Origin: Bacteriovoracaceae bacterium | GTDB taxonomy: Bacteria > Bdellovibrionota > Bacteriovoracia > Bacteriovoracales > Bacteriovoracaceae | NCBI GenBank assembly: GCA_018649885.1 | Contig: JABIHA010000068.1 | Location: 1-64,000 of the forward strand | DNA: 64,000 nucleotides | Direction: 5' to 3' | Shown: in pieces, positions 9,401 to 19,666 of the stretch | Layout: the number at the start of each line of letters is the position of its first letter | Numbering within the stretch: position 1 is the first letter of the stretch | Notes under the pieces: model-generated | Told to the model about the DNA's origin: nothing | Databases searched by the model: none | Seen by the model: the letters and a program-made list of their open reading frames with translations, nothing else | Position numbers and translations under genes: made by a program

Positions 9401-10786
9401 TTAGCTAACCATCATTTTACTTATTAATACTTTTGAACCACCAAAGCCTACAAGCAGTGGGTGTTGCTCCATTTTCCCGCAACCTCCAAAAGAGCTACTT
9501 AAAAGCTCAAAGTCAGTTGTACACCCCTCTATTAAACCTAGTGTTTCAAAAACCGAGCCTGAAAGAACCGAGGCCTTAACTGGCTCAGCAATTTTTCCAT
9601 CTCTAATCATATAACTTTTAATTGGTGCTATAGTAAATGTGCTCAAACCTGATCCATGCCTAAAGTCTTTTACATAAATCCCTTTTTTTACACTCTTAAT
9701 CAATTCGTCCAAACTTTTTTTGCCTGTTTCAACATAGGTATTTGTCATCCTTACAATAGGTTCAAACTCAAAGTTTATAGACCTACCATTTCCTGTAGGG
9801 GCTTCATTAAAAACTGAAGATGTGTACTGAGAGTGTAACCTTCCGGCTAAGATCCCATCTTTTATTAGATAAGTTTTTTGAGTCGGAAAACCCTCATCAT
9901 CGATTGGGCAGTAGCCACTTGTTCCTTTTTCGGCTCCATAATCTACAATTGATAGGTTTTCATGAGCAATTTTGCTACCTATCTTCCAGTCCTCGGTTGC
10001 CTTGTCATCTCCTAGCATAAAGTCAGCTTCAGATTTATGGCCAAAGGATTCATGAGCAAAAACACCTACAACACTACTCTCCATTACAACAGGGTAACTA
10101 CCTGCTTCGACAGTGGATGCCTCTAAAAAATCGTGCCCCTCAATAATCTCGCTCTTAAAATGTGCACTCTTTTCTGCTAGGGTCTCAAAACTATCTGAGT
10201 AGGACTTCACTGAGTCATCAAACCTTTTATCACCATCTAAAATGCTATAACTTATCACGCTGCCACACTGGTTAAAGTCATAAGTGAAACTAACGTCTGT
10301 AGAAGATTTAAAGTATTTCATCTTAAAGTGATCTACGTAACGAACAAAGACCCCCTCAAGCTTTTCAAATGATTTGACCATTTCAAAATACGATCTACAA
10401 AATTCTATTTTTTTAGAAATAGGAACCTTTCTCACATCTTTTTCTGAATACTCTAGTATCGTGTTTACGCTGGCTTCGGTGTTATAAGGCACAAGATTTT
10501 CATTCTGAGAGGTAATCCCGAAATGATCAGCTTGAGCTATAAGTGAGTTTATTTCTCTATCGAGTGAAAATATATCGGTGGTTGAGCCGTAATACCACAT
10601 CCCCTGACTATACACTCTTATAAATGCTCCGAGACTAGGTTTAACCTCGCAGTTGACCAGCTCGTAGTCATCAAAAACAATGGTAGTGTTTGTGGTGTCC
10701 TCAATGCGAACATCACAATATTCACACTGAATTTTTTTTAAATCTAACTCGTTTAAGTAATCTTCAATTTCCATGGTATCCTCCAT
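9401..10786 (-). CDS. tldD: TldD family metalloprotease
   Basis: HESFGHKSEAD, DDEG, TGNGR, RMTNT and GGCGK motifs. Confidence 0.9.
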   Translation of the reverse strand: MEDTMEIEDYLNELDLKKIQCEYCDVRIEDTTNTTIVFDDYELVNCEVKPSLGAFIRVYSQGMWYYGSTTDIFSLDREINSLIAQADHFGITSQNENLVPYNTEASVNTILEYSEKDVRKVPISKKIEFCRSYFEMVKSFEKLEGVFVRYVDHFKMKYFKSSTDVSFTYDFNQCGSVISYSILDGDKRFDDSVKSYSDSFETLAEKSAHFKSEIIEGHDFLEASTVEAGSYPVVMESSVVGVFAHESFGHKSEADFMLGDDKATEDWKIGSKIAHENLSIVDYGAEKGTSGYCPIDDEGFPTQKTYLIKDGILAGRLHSQYTSSVFNEAPTGNGRSINFEFEPIVRMTNTYVETGKKSLDELIKSVKKGIYVKDFRHGSGLSTFTIAPIKSYMIRDGKIAEPVKASVLSGSVFETLGLIEGCTTDFELLSSSFGGCGKMEQHPLLVGFGGSKVLISKMMVS

Positions 10787-10923
10787 CAGGCTTCCCTGAG
10801 ATCAATCACTTATGATAGTTGAACTGACCCTAAAAAATCAATCAACTAGATTGGTAGGGATTAGAATTAATTTCATAGTCACTTGGTTAAATCATGGTGC
10901 GGCCAACCTGGTTTATTTTAAGT

Positions 10924-10953
10924 AAAAAAAAGCCCCCAATTAATTGGGGGCTT
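10924..10953 (-). terminator. Rho-independent terminator
   Basis: AAGCCCCCAATT/AATTGGGGGCTT palindrome with a U-tract on the minus strand, after the stop at 10983. Confidence 0.8.
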
Positions 10954-10982
10954 ATATTCAAAAACAAAAAAAATTAAGAATA

Positions 10983-11627
10983 TTATTTACAGCTTCTAGA
11001 GACAAGTAAATCTGCTTCCAGATCACCATCGAATTTTACGCTATCAAGAAGTGGATATTCCATTTTCATTTTGTCTGGATTCCATTTTGCGTTTTTCATA
11101 TCAACAATAACAAGCTCAACTCCAGTGAATTCTAATGCCACTGTGTCGATGAATTTTGTGACTTTAACCTTTCCAGCTCTCTCTTCTTGATCTGGGTGAA
11201 GAGTATAAACTTTTAAGTTACACCCATCTTTTGAATGAATTAGTGAAAAGGATGGAAATGGAGTCTGTCCTTTTGAAAGGTCATAAGTTTTACCAGCTTC
11301 AATTCCTTGACATGCATAAGGCATAGTTTTTTCACAAAATCCTAGGGTCACCACTGAATAAGATTTTTTTGCATCGGCCGTGCACTTATCACCTGGCTTT
11401 TTTCCACATTTTGGATTTTCAATATCATCAATATTGAAGTCCATTGTTGATCCAACTACATTGATTAGGGTAGTTGTTCCCATGGGGGACTTGAGTGCCC
11501 ACTTTGTAACAAGTTTAGGTGTAGCTAGTTTTCCAGAAACTTTTTTAAGATTAAAATGTCCCTTGGTATCACTTGAAAAGGCAGGTAATGCCATCATTGT
11601 GCAGAGTAATAAAATTGCGATTCTCAT
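10983..11627 (-). CDS. secreted hypothetical protein
   Basis: GGAGG RBS before ATG 11627, signal peptide MRIAILLLCTMMALPAFS, several Cys. Confidence 0.75.
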   Translation of the reverse strand: MRIAILLLCTMMALPAFSSDTKGHFNLKKVSGKLATPKLVTKWALKSPMGTTTLINVVGSTMDFNIDDIENPKCGKKPGDKCTADAKKSYSVVTLGFCEKTMPYACQGIEAGKTYDLSKGQTPFPSFSLIHSKDGCNLKVYTLHPDQEERAGKVKVTKFIDTVALEFTGVELVIVDMKNAKWNPDKMKMEYPLLDSVKFDGDLEADLLVSRSCK

Positions 11628-11736
11628 TATTAAACCTCCATTAAATTTAGATTGGCATGAATTTAGAATGAGTTCAGTGGATAAGTCAAAGAATGAGTGG
11701 GGCGAGCAAGAACGCATCGCCCCGCAAAAATATTCT

Positions 11737-13161
11737 TTATAATAGATTCAATGCGTCTTTATAACTCAAATTCTGCTTAACTAGTTGTTCTGACTTACTA
11801 CCCACAGTCGCCATGGCCTTTTTGAAATAGCTCCTGGTGATGTAGAGGTCTTTTCCTATCCAAGAATCATCAAGATAAGCCATTTGTTTGGCCATAGAGA
11901 TCGCCTCAATGATATCAGCGCCACTTAGCCTTTCGGAAAGCCCTGCAAGCCAATCAGTGGTAACTCCGGCTTCCCATGCCACCCCTTTAGTTGCATAGCG
12001 AGTAAAAAACTTTTTCCGGATACCGTGAGCTGGGTAGCCATAGAAAAAATGAACCCCAAGTCTTCCAGATCTTAAAAGGGCACCATCTAGATCTTTCTCT
12101 TTATTAGTGGTTCCAATAACAAGCACACCATTTGACTCAGCAACTCCATCCATTTCGTTTAAAAACTCATTGAGGATTGAAGCCTTGAAAGTCGACTTGT
12201 TTCCACTAGAGTTTCCTCCCAACTTTCTCTTTTTAATTCCCAGAAGATCAATATCTTCCATAAAGATAATAGAAGGTGAAAGATTTCTAGCAGCTGAAAA
12301 GAGTGCTTTAACAGTAGAGATATCAGTTAAATGCCTGGCAGTTACAGTGATTAGAGTCGATTTCTTTTTGAGATCATTATGTAAAATTTGTGAAATCAAA
12401 ATTTGACCTAAAAATGACTTTCCAGTTCCCGGAGGCCCAGCAAGAACAACTCCTCTTTTTAATTTTATTCCATACTTACTAAGTGCAGGCAGGTTTTTAA
12501 TAAAATTAGAAGTAGAGTTCATACTCTTAATTTTTAATTCTGGATCTAAAATCAAATCATCCCAAGTGTATTTATAGTTCCCGACATTTTCTAGAAAACG
12601 ATAAGTCCAAATCCAGCCCATTTTCACTCGGTGAATAACAGCATTTTTGTAAATATTCTTGGTGGTGAGATAATTAAAGACATCACTCATAAATTCTTTG
12701 GCATACTTAAAATCTTTTTCTGCATAATAGATTCCTACACCATACTCTACATCGTTAAATGGAGATATTCTGTAAGGTGTAGCTATAAGCTTAATAGTAC
12801 GCCCACCGAATTTCTTAGAAATGAAATAATACCCTTGTTTGAGGACATATTTTCTATCTCCAAAATTATTGGTCTCTATATGGTCTGTTGGGAAGGCAAC
12901 CCTATTATTGTAATTGTCAAAGTTTGCCATCTCCTTAACAACCCAACCATTCACAGGATTTGTGATGTAATCATCGAGGGCAAATTGGGCCAGTCGGTAA
13001 AAATTCTTATAGGCTTTTTCTTTTAAATAAAGCCTTTCTTGTAGAGGCTCTCCAAGCCAATAGCTGAAAGCATCAATTTTGTTTAAAAATTTGTCACTGT
13101 CCGCATCACCAAAAGCAGCAAACGAAGACACAAATGTTAAAAGTAATAATATTTTTTTCAT
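11737..13161 (-). CDS. AAA+ ATPase with N-terminal signal-peptide-like sequence
   Basis: GPPGTGKS Walker A, IFMEDID Walker B, TTN..LDGALLRSGRL SRH; N-terminus MKKILLLLTFVSSFAAFG; AAGGAG RBS. Confidence 0.9.
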   Translation of the reverse strand: MKKILLLLTFVSSFAAFGDADSDKFLNKIDAFSYWLGEPLQERLYLKEKAYKNFYRLAQFALDDYITNPVNGWVVKEMANFDNYNNRVAFPTDHIETNNFGDRKYVLKQGYYFISKKFGGRTIKLIATPYRISPFNDVEYGVGIYYAEKDFKYAKEFMSDVFNYLTTKNIYKNAVIHRVKMGWIWTYRFLENVGNYKYTWDDLILDPELKIKSMNSTSNFIKNLPALSKYGIKLKRGVVLAGPPGTGKSFLGQILISQILHNDLKKKSTLITVTARHLTDISTVKALFSAARNLSPSIIFMEDIDLLGIKKRKLGGNSSGNKSTFKASILNEFLNEMDGVAESNGVLVIGTTNKEKDLDGALLRSGRLGVHFFYGYPAHGIRKKFFTRYATKGVAWEAGVTTDWLAGLSERLSGADIIEAISMAKQMAYLDDSWIGKDLYITRSYFKKAMATVGSKSEQLVKQNLSYKDALNLL

Positions 13162-13177
13162 TGTTTACTCCTTTTAA

Positions 13178-14506
13178 TTAAAGCCTGTGGCTCTTTTTAA
13201 ATTTAATGGCTTCGGTTATAGTTTCATTAGAGAGCTCTACTTTATTTGTCCCTCTATCAACTTTTCCCTCTCTATAAGCTTTCTCAATGGCAAGATCAAC
13301 GAGCTCCTTAATATCTGCTCCAGTCATCCCTTCAAGTTTATTAGCAAGCTTATAAAAATCAACACCGTCTACTTTTGATTTTCCAGAAAAAAGCTCTAAT
13401 AGCTTCACTCTTTCTTCAATCATAGGAAGGCCAACTTCATAATGAAAACCGAGACGCTTAGATCTTGTAAGAGCTGGATCAATAAGCTCGAAATAGTTGG
13501 TAGTACCAATTGTTAATACACCTTCAAGTTTTTCGAGACCACTGAGTTGTTGCATTAACTCATTTTTTACGTCTGCTCTATCCGTTCTATCTGTACCAGC
13601 AATCAAATCGACATCTTCAAAGAAAACAACTGTTGGACTAAGGTGTCTGGCAATTTGATAAATATTTCTAACATCAGTCACACGCGACACGTGCCTAGCA
13701 GAAACGTGAATATAGGTGATTTTATTTTTATAAGATTTTTTAAAGATATTTGAAATAATGACCTTTCCGATAAAACTCTTACCTGTTCCAGGAGGGCCGT
13801 AAAAAAGCACGCCTCTATTCATTGGAAGACCGTGTTTTTTCCAAGTATCTCTGTCGTATCTATTAATAAATCCATCAACACTTTTAACAATTTTGCTCTT
13901 GGCTTTGGCATCGAAGATAAAATCATTCCATGAAAATCTTAAATCATCCACGCCTTGATAAAATCCAACAGTGCCGTTGTACTCAAGAACTTTTCCTTTA
14001 TAGATTGAGTCAGCTTTTAGGTTTTTATCTAAGTCTTGTCTCAACATATGAGAGTATAATTGCCCCTCTTTAGTCGTTTTGTAGTAAACTCTGAGGCTGT
14101 TTCCAGAATTGAGCCAAACCACCATTCTTGAGTTAAGATTTTTATTCTTATGCTGTATAAAGTAATAAGCTGCCACCACTCTATTTTCTGTGACTTTGGG
14201 TGCCTGATTAATTTGTTGAATAGTTCCAGTCTTTGGCCATGGAACATATTGATTGTACCTTCTGTCCCAAGTATAGTTCATTACCTTTTCTACTAACCAA
14301 TTGTCTTTTTTCCCCAACAAATTCTGAAGACCTACCGAAGCTCCATTATTGTAAATAGTAGAGTAACCATAGCTTGTTGTTGAGTAGTAATTTTTTAATG
14401 TCATCCAAGTTTTTTTTGCCTGGTTGTAATCTGTAAAATCGATACTTTGTGAATACAGCGGGACGGACAATACCAATAAGAGTATGGCCGTTAATTTTTT
14501 AAACAT
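13178..14506 (-). CDS. AAA+ ATPase with N-terminal signal-peptide-like sequence
   Basis: GPPGTGKS, VFFEDVD, TTN..IDPALTRSKRL; N-terminus MFKKLTAILLLVLSVPLYS; AAGGAG RBS. Confidence 0.9.
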   Translation of the reverse strand: MFKKLTAILLLVLSVPLYSQSIDFTDYNQAKKTWMTLKNYYSTTSYGYSTIYNNGASVGLQNLLGKKDNWLVEKVMNYTWDRRYNQYVPWPKTGTIQQINQAPKVTENRVVAAYYFIQHKNKNLNSRMVVWLNSGNSLRVYYKTTKEGQLYSHMLRQDLDKNLKADSIYKGKVLEYNGTVGFYQGVDDLRFSWNDFIFDAKAKSKIVKSVDGFINRYDRDTWKKHGLPMNRGVLFYGPPGTGKSFIGKVIISNIFKKSYKNKITYIHVSARHVSRVTDVRNIYQIARHLSPTVVFFEDVDLIAGTDRTDRADVKNELMQQLSGLEKLEGVLTIGTTNYFELIDPALTRSKRLGFHYEVGLPMIEERVKLLELFSGKSKVDGVDFYKLANKLEGMTGADIKELVDLAIEKAYREGKVDRGTNKVELSNETITEAIKFKKSHRL

Positions 14507-14523
14507 ACTATCTCCTTAATTAA

Positions 14524-15246
14524 TTATATTCTTCCTAATAAGTAATCTTTTCTCTTTTTCTCTGGAAATTTTTCTATTGCATATCGAAGCATGGTTCTTG
14601 GCATTTTTTGATAGTGTTTTTTAAGAAACATTTCTTCTTTTTTAATATCCCTATTTCCAATTTCTCGAAGCATCCATCCCACGCCCTTGTGGATCAGATC
14701 CTCTGAGTCATCAAGTAACACTTCTCCAATATTCAAAGCATCACGGTATTTTTTTTCTCGAATAAAATGTAGTGTTGATAAAATAGAAACCCTTCTCTTC
14801 CAAAGGTTTTTGGAGCTGGCCCACTTGTAAAGAATTGCTTTATCTTTATTAAGTAGAAAACGTCCCACAATTTGAGGGGCACTACTATCGACGAGGTCCC
14901 AGTTATTAACATTGTTTAAATTTTTAACATAAAAGTGGTAAATCGATTTCTGCTCTTTATCTGAAGCCTGGTCAAACTTCAAAACCAATATAAATAGGCC
15001 CACAAGCCTTTGCTCGTGATACTTTGAATCAAGCAATTTTTGGATTTCTGGCAGTGATAGATTTCGAGAAGATCTTGCTATTTTTCTGCTTTCTGGAACT
15101 TTGATACCCAAGAACTTGTCGCCATGGCCATATTCACCAGGAGCCGTTTTGAAATACCTGGATAAAAAGAGTGCTTTATCCTTATCTTCTAGTTTTTTTA
15201 AACTAGATTTCACCTGCGCAGCACTCAATTTGATTTGATCACCCAT
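14524..15246 (-). CDS. alkD: DNA alkylation repair protein (AlkD-like glycosylase)
   Basis: YFKTAPGEYG.GD.FLG, NNWDLVD, IHKGVGWMLRE, MPRTMLRYAIE motifs. Confidence 0.88.
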   Translation of the reverse strand: MGDQIKLSAAQVKSSLKKLEDKDKALFLSRYFKTAPGEYGHGDKFLGIKVPESRKIARSSRNLSLPEIQKLLDSKYHEQRLVGLFILVLKFDQASDKEQKSIYHFYVKNLNNVNNWDLVDSSAPQIVGRFLLNKDKAILYKWASSKNLWKRRVSILSTLHFIREKKYRDALNIGEVLLDDSEDLIHKGVGWMLREIGNRDIKKEEMFLKKHYQKMPRTMLRYAIEKFPEKKRKDYLLGRI

Positions 15247-15430
15247 CCATTGGCCTCAATATAATCTGTCATAGATATAAAATTGGGATCATTCTATTAA
15301 CGAGCGCTTTACTTGGTCAATCGCTTCTGGAAAAACAATGGTCAAAGTTAAGACAATGAAAGGAATCTCTGCCGAGAAGCGAAAGACTCCCTCTAGAAAT
15401 AGTCTCAATAGAGACTAAGTAGGCCCTATT

Positions 15431-15670
15431 TTAGAAAAAACCATCTTCTTTAATAGAGATATACTTTTCGCTGTTAAATTTCATGTCTTTTTTAATATGA
15501 GGAAATTTATTAAAAAATCTTCTTTCCCCTAACTTGAATAGATCAACATCGTGATTGTAACAAAGATATAGCTGCATAGTTGTTCCACCGAAGTAGCTAT
15601 AGATAGTGTTTAAAATCCTTCGATCTGTTCCCACTTTTTCTCTTTTAGTTAATTTACATACATCACACAT
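15431..15670 (-). CDS. small hypothetical protein, possible zinc finger
   Basis: CxxC at the N-terminus and CxxH later; AAGGGG RBS. Confidence 0.65.
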   Translation of the reverse strand: MCDVCKLTKREKVGTDRRILNTIYSYFGGTTMQLYLCYNHDVDLFKLGERRFFNKFPHIKKDMKFNSEKYISIKEDGFF

Positions 15671-15827
15671 ATTCCCGTCCCCTTGTCTTCAATAACTAGA
15701 AGAATAGGCCAAAATTTTAGGCCTCCTAAAAAAATCTGTAGAGGTTACTGGAATATCGATTAGTTATCATTTAGAAAAAATAAAATTTGTTTAACATATG
15801 CGCCCAAATTTGTTGGCAAATTGGCGA

Positions 15828-16331
15828 CTAGCCTTTTGGATCTTTATGCTCCCCTGGATTAACGAACTTTAAAAACGAGTTTATCATGTGCTCAAATATA
15901 GAGTCCTTATTTTCTACTTTATAGACTTCATCTTCGTGATAAGAGCTTTTCTCCATTTCTGATATCTCATTTTCGAGATTTCCTAAATCCAATTCTTTCA
16001 ATACTAAAGATTCAATCTTTTTAAAGGCACTCTTTTCAACCTCTGAAAAATGACCATCTAAATGTGCAATAACTCTCAGCTGACTTAGGACAAATGCACG
16101 GTCCCTCTTATCCTCAATGACAGAGAACAAATGGTGCATATCTGGATTGCTATTTATGTCTTTTTCAATGGTTTGTTTTTGATCGCTTGAAAAAGGTAAT
16201 GATTCCATTCTTGAGCGAACCCAAGCGAGCTCTTCTGCCGTAACATTTTGATCTAAGAATATGGCGGAAAAAATAGCTCTCCACATATTGAATTTACTAT
16301 CGTCCCATGACTTTTCCAAAATACTTGCCAC
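15828..16331 (-). CDS. TerB/DUF533-like protein
   Basis: Two D-x-x-x-x-x-x-E metal-binding-like motifs (DQNVTAEE, DGHFSEVE). Confidence 0.65.
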   Translation of the reverse strand: MASILEKSWDDSKFNMWRAIFSAIFLDQNVTAEELAWVRSRMESLPFSSDQKQTIEKDINSNPDMHHLFSVIEDKRDRAFVLSQLRVIAHLDGHFSEVEKSAFKKIESLVLKELDLGNLENEISEMEKSSYHEDEVYKVENKDSIFEHMINSFLKFVNPGEHKDPKG

Positions 16332-16441
16332 AACCTATCCCTTTTTTAAGCTTTATAGGTATTATACAAATTATATGAAAAAATACATTATCAAACTGGG
16401 TCACTGGTCACGTGAGTATAAAAGTGTGTCTTCATAGTAGG

Positions 16442-17785
16442 CTAAAACACTACACTTTTCACAACATGTTTGGTTTTCAGATCAACTTCTAACACTCTAT
16501 ACTCTTTTTTATCGTGCTGGTCTGTATAGGTGATTAAAACCTTGTGCGGACCAGAGGTTTCGAAAAGCAGTATATATCTGCCTGACTCACTAGAAGTAAA
16601 AAATTTCTCATTGTGATAGTACTTTCTACCCACCACTTCAACTTGCACGCTTAAAGCTCTGCCTTCTTGGTCAATTGCGTGGACTTCTAGTTTGGGAAGA
16701 TCATGGTAGTGATTTAGATAGGCCCAAAATCCAGGCATAAAACCATCCATTACAACCTTGCTGTAGTGGTACGAAATGCCCGTGTGGTAAAAGGGTCCTT
16801 CAACTAAAAGGGCCATGGTGCCATTTTTAAAATAATGCCAATCCTGATCTGTTCCAGAAACTGGGTAAATATTTTTTCTGACTATATATTTAGGCTTACT
16901 TTTTCTTTGGGTTTTAGATGCTGCTGCCATCTTCTGGGCAAATTGTTTAGGAAGCTCAGGAATTGGGTTAGTTGCTTCGGGAATTGTATAGGGAACTAAG
17001 ATTGATGTGGCAACTGTATGAAAAGAAATTGAGAGCGTAAAAACTTTTTTGATTGAAAGATTCATCACTGCTTGTATTTCAGGCTCAGAAGCCGGTGTAG
17101 GTCCCATATACCGCGCACTTTCAGGGTTACTACTGGTGTACTTTCCCTCAATCCCCCACATAAAAGGGTAGTTGCGATTAATATCTACGCCCTCTTTAGT
17201 ATTCCAAACTCCGGACTCACTATTCATTCTTCCATTCTTTCTTCCAGAGTATTTACTTCGATGCCAATAATTTTCACTGCCATCTGGATTTACTAGTGGC
17301 ACGATCCAAAAATCAAATTGATCTAAGTACATTGAATTTTCTTCACTTAAAAGCTCAGAAATAATTTTGAAACAATACTCCGTACTCAAAAGCTCTAAGG
17401 CGTGATGAGCACAATTTAAAAAAACAGTTGGCCTAAATTTAGTTGAGTCTGCAAAATTTGTTATTTGAAGAGCAAAAATATCTTTTTTTCTATGAGTCTT
17501 TCCAATGGAAAATAGGCGGGCCTTAGTGGGGTTGTTTCTACTTGTAGACTTCAGTAGCCCCTCAACGATCAAATAACTCTTATAACCCAAAAACATATTG
17601 GGCCGCTCTTCACTCAAATCTTTGCAAGCTTCCATGAACTTGCCCTTGTTTTCATATCCATAGGAGATTTTTGAAAACTCGAGTTCATCACAACTCTGAG
17701 AAAGATTTTCAGTGTCCACCTCAACGATTTGAGAAAATGCACTCTGGAATAGCAAAAAGGTAAGTATAACTATGTAATTTTTCAT
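16442..17785 (-). CDS. secreted M14 zinc carboxypeptidase
   Basis: Signal peptide; HALE, NPDG, GVDINRNY, SEPE and SFH motifs. Confidence 0.9.
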   Translation of the reverse strand: MKNYIVILTFLLFQSAFSQIVEVDTENLSQSCDELEFSKISYGYENKGKFMEACKDLSEERPNMFLGYKSYLIVEGLLKSTSRNNPTKARLFSIGKTHRKKDIFALQITNFADSTKFRPTVFLNCAHHALELLSTEYCFKIISELLSEENSMYLDQFDFWIVPLVNPDGSENYWHRSKYSGRKNGRMNSESGVWNTKEGVDINRNYPFMWGIEGKYTSSNPESARYMGPTPASEPEIQAVMNLSIKKVFTLSISFHTVATSILVPYTIPEATNPIPELPKQFAQKMAAASKTQRKSKPKYIVRKNIYPVSGTDQDWHYFKNGTMALLVEGPFYHTGISYHYSKVVMDGFMPGFWAYLNHYHDLPKLEVHAIDQEGRALSVQVEVVGRKYYHNEKFFTSSESGRYILLFETSGPHKVLITYTDQHDKKEYRVLEVDLKTKHVVKSVVF

Positions 17786-17964
17786 ATCCGCCCCAGCTTA
17801 TTTCAACATACAACGCAGACTGTCATCGGGGACCAAAATTGTCAACTTCAAGCTCCCAAAAATGGTTCGCCCAATGTGCGCGAACATACTTAATGAAATA
17901 TTAACAGGGCTAGAACCCCGAAATACCTTAAAATAGAAGCAGAGAGTTTCACACATCGAGAACT

Positions 17965-18723
17965 ATGAAAATTCTACTGACCATTTTATTTATTATATTT
18001 ATGACAAAGCTTGAGGCAAATACCAGTTGCGTGGCCCATAGGGGAAATAGTGAATACTTTTTCCAAAACAGCTTGAGCTCATTGAAGTCAGCTTATGAAA
18101 TAGGAAGTGATGGTATTGAGTTTGATGTAGTTCACACCCAAGATGATAAAGGTATTGTCTTTCATGACAAAACCCTTCACAGACTTGCAAAAGATAAGCC
18201 CTCTAGAGATTGTCCTCGTAGAAAACTCATCAAGCACCTCAGCTTAAAAGAGATTAAAGAAAACTGTCTGCTAAAAAACGATGAAGAAATTCCCACACTT
18301 GATGAAGTTCTCACCTACTTCATCTATAAAGACGTGACTCTTTTTATTGAATTTAAAGATGTGCCTTCTTTTAGTACTGTTACATTAATCTCTGAACACC
18401 TTACCTATAACCCGGCAAAGTATTTAAGGCTTATATCTTTTAAAAAGAAGGCCCTGGAATATGCCCAACAGGTTCCTAGACTAAAAAAAGTCAAAGCCTT
18501 AAGGCTCTATCATCACTGGTGCCCCAAGATTAAAAAATCTAGTTACGGTGCAGACATAAAGTGGTTTAAAGGAATTCTCAAAAAACTTGCAAAACTTAAG
18601 AATGTTGAAACATCAGTTTATACAATTAATTCACCTAAAAAAATGCAGAAGTTGATAGATGAAGGTGTTGATTATATTACAACTGATGACCCCCAGGCCT
18701 GCCTCAAGCTGACCAAACCTTAA
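17965..18723 (+). CDS. glycerophosphodiester phosphodiesterase (exported)
   Basis: AHRG, EFDV, HD.TL.R, IPTLDE and ITTDDP motifs; signal peptide. Confidence 0.9.
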   Translation: MKILLTILFIIFMTKLEANTSCVAHRGNSEYFFQNSLSSLKSAYEIGSDGIEFDVVHTQDDKGIVFHDKTLHRLAKDKPSRDCPRRKLIKHLSLKEIKENCLLKNDEEIPTLDEVLTYFIYKDVTLFIEFKDVPSFSTVTLISEHLTYNPAKYLRLISFKKKALEYAQQVPRLKKVKALRLYHHWCPKIKKSSYGADIKWFKGILKKLAKLKNVETSVYTINSPKKMQKLIDEGVDYITTDDPQACLKLTKP

Positions 18724-18817
18724 CTTCTGCGCAGCAACAACAATCACTATAGTATAGACAAAGACAAGAAAAACAGGCACAGATCTATTTCAACCATCTA
18801 TTGAAAGGGTCATTCTA

Positions 18818-19666
18818 ATGAAGATTATTTCACTCATTTTTTCCTTACTTATCACTGTTAATGCATTTAGCTCTTGGAGCAGTAAGTGCACGGACTACGA
18901 CTCCCCTATAGATTGGTCTTACTGTCTTCACACCAATGATACAGGCAATAGTGACCAACTCCTTTATCACTTCCACGGAAAAGGTGGCAGCGAGATGACT
19001 TGGGCTGAAAAAGATTTTTTTGCTGAAGATGTTCGAAAGGCCTGGGATAAAAATAAAGTCAATCCTCCAAAAGTTGTAAGTATATCTCTCGGAACAGTTT
19101 GGGTTTTGGCCAAAAAAAATGGAAGCCCTTATAGTGGACTTTTTGAACTCATGGCAGGCAAGATTATTCCACTTATAGAAAAAACTGAACGTCTTGCTCC
19201 TTCCAAAAGACTTTTAGTAGGCAATTCAATGGGGGGTCTCAATGCAAGTGCAATGCTTTTAAACCTTCCAAGACTGTTTTCAAAAGTTGCGCTCGTTTGC
19301 CCAGCGATTTCTCCGCTGACCCCTGAATCTTCAAGTGCGGACGTCGACAAATACATTTTAGATACTGGAGCTTCCAGAGACCGCGCAGAACTTCTTGTGC
19401 AGCTAACAAAATTATTTACCCCAACCCTTTCCGACTGGAAAACCAATTCACCACTAGTGCAAGGTCCAAAACTTTTAACAAAGAACTCAAGTGAGTTATA
19501 TATTTCATGCGGAGATAAAGATGAGTATGGTTTTTACAACTACGCTAAAGAGTTTTACAACATCTCCGTAAAAAGAGGTGTCAAAGGCTCATGGCATCCA
19601 ATAGCTGGCGGTCTCCATTGTGCGGTAAATACAGAATCTCTAGCAAAATTTCTAATCGTAAAATGA
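18818..19666 (+). CDS. secreted alpha/beta hydrolase (esterase family)
   Basis: Signal peptide; HG.GG, GNSMGG nucleophile elbow, C-terminal Asp and His. Confidence 0.82.
   Translation: MKIISLIFSLLITVNAFSSWSSKCTDYDSPIDWSYCLHTNDTGNSDQLLYHFHGKGGSEMTWAEKDFFAEDVRKAWDKNKVNPPKVVSISLGTVWVLAKKNGSPYSGLFELMAGKIIPLIEKTERLAPSKRLLVGNSMGGLNASAMLLNLPRLFSKVALVCPAISPLTPESSSADVDKYILDTGASRDRAELLVQLTKLFTPTLSDWKTNSPLVQGPKLLTKNSSELYISCGDKDEYGFYNYAKEFYNISVKRGVKGSWHPIAGGLHCAVNTESLAKFLIVK

Noticed and set aside
8155..10786. TldD/E as part of a RiPP cluster
   Set aside because: No precursor peptide, YcaO or radical SAM gene nearby.
17823..17850. Sigma28-like promoter for the M14 peptidase (TGAA-N16-CCCGATGA, minus strand)
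   Set aside because: Spacing and -35 match too weak to call without TSS data.
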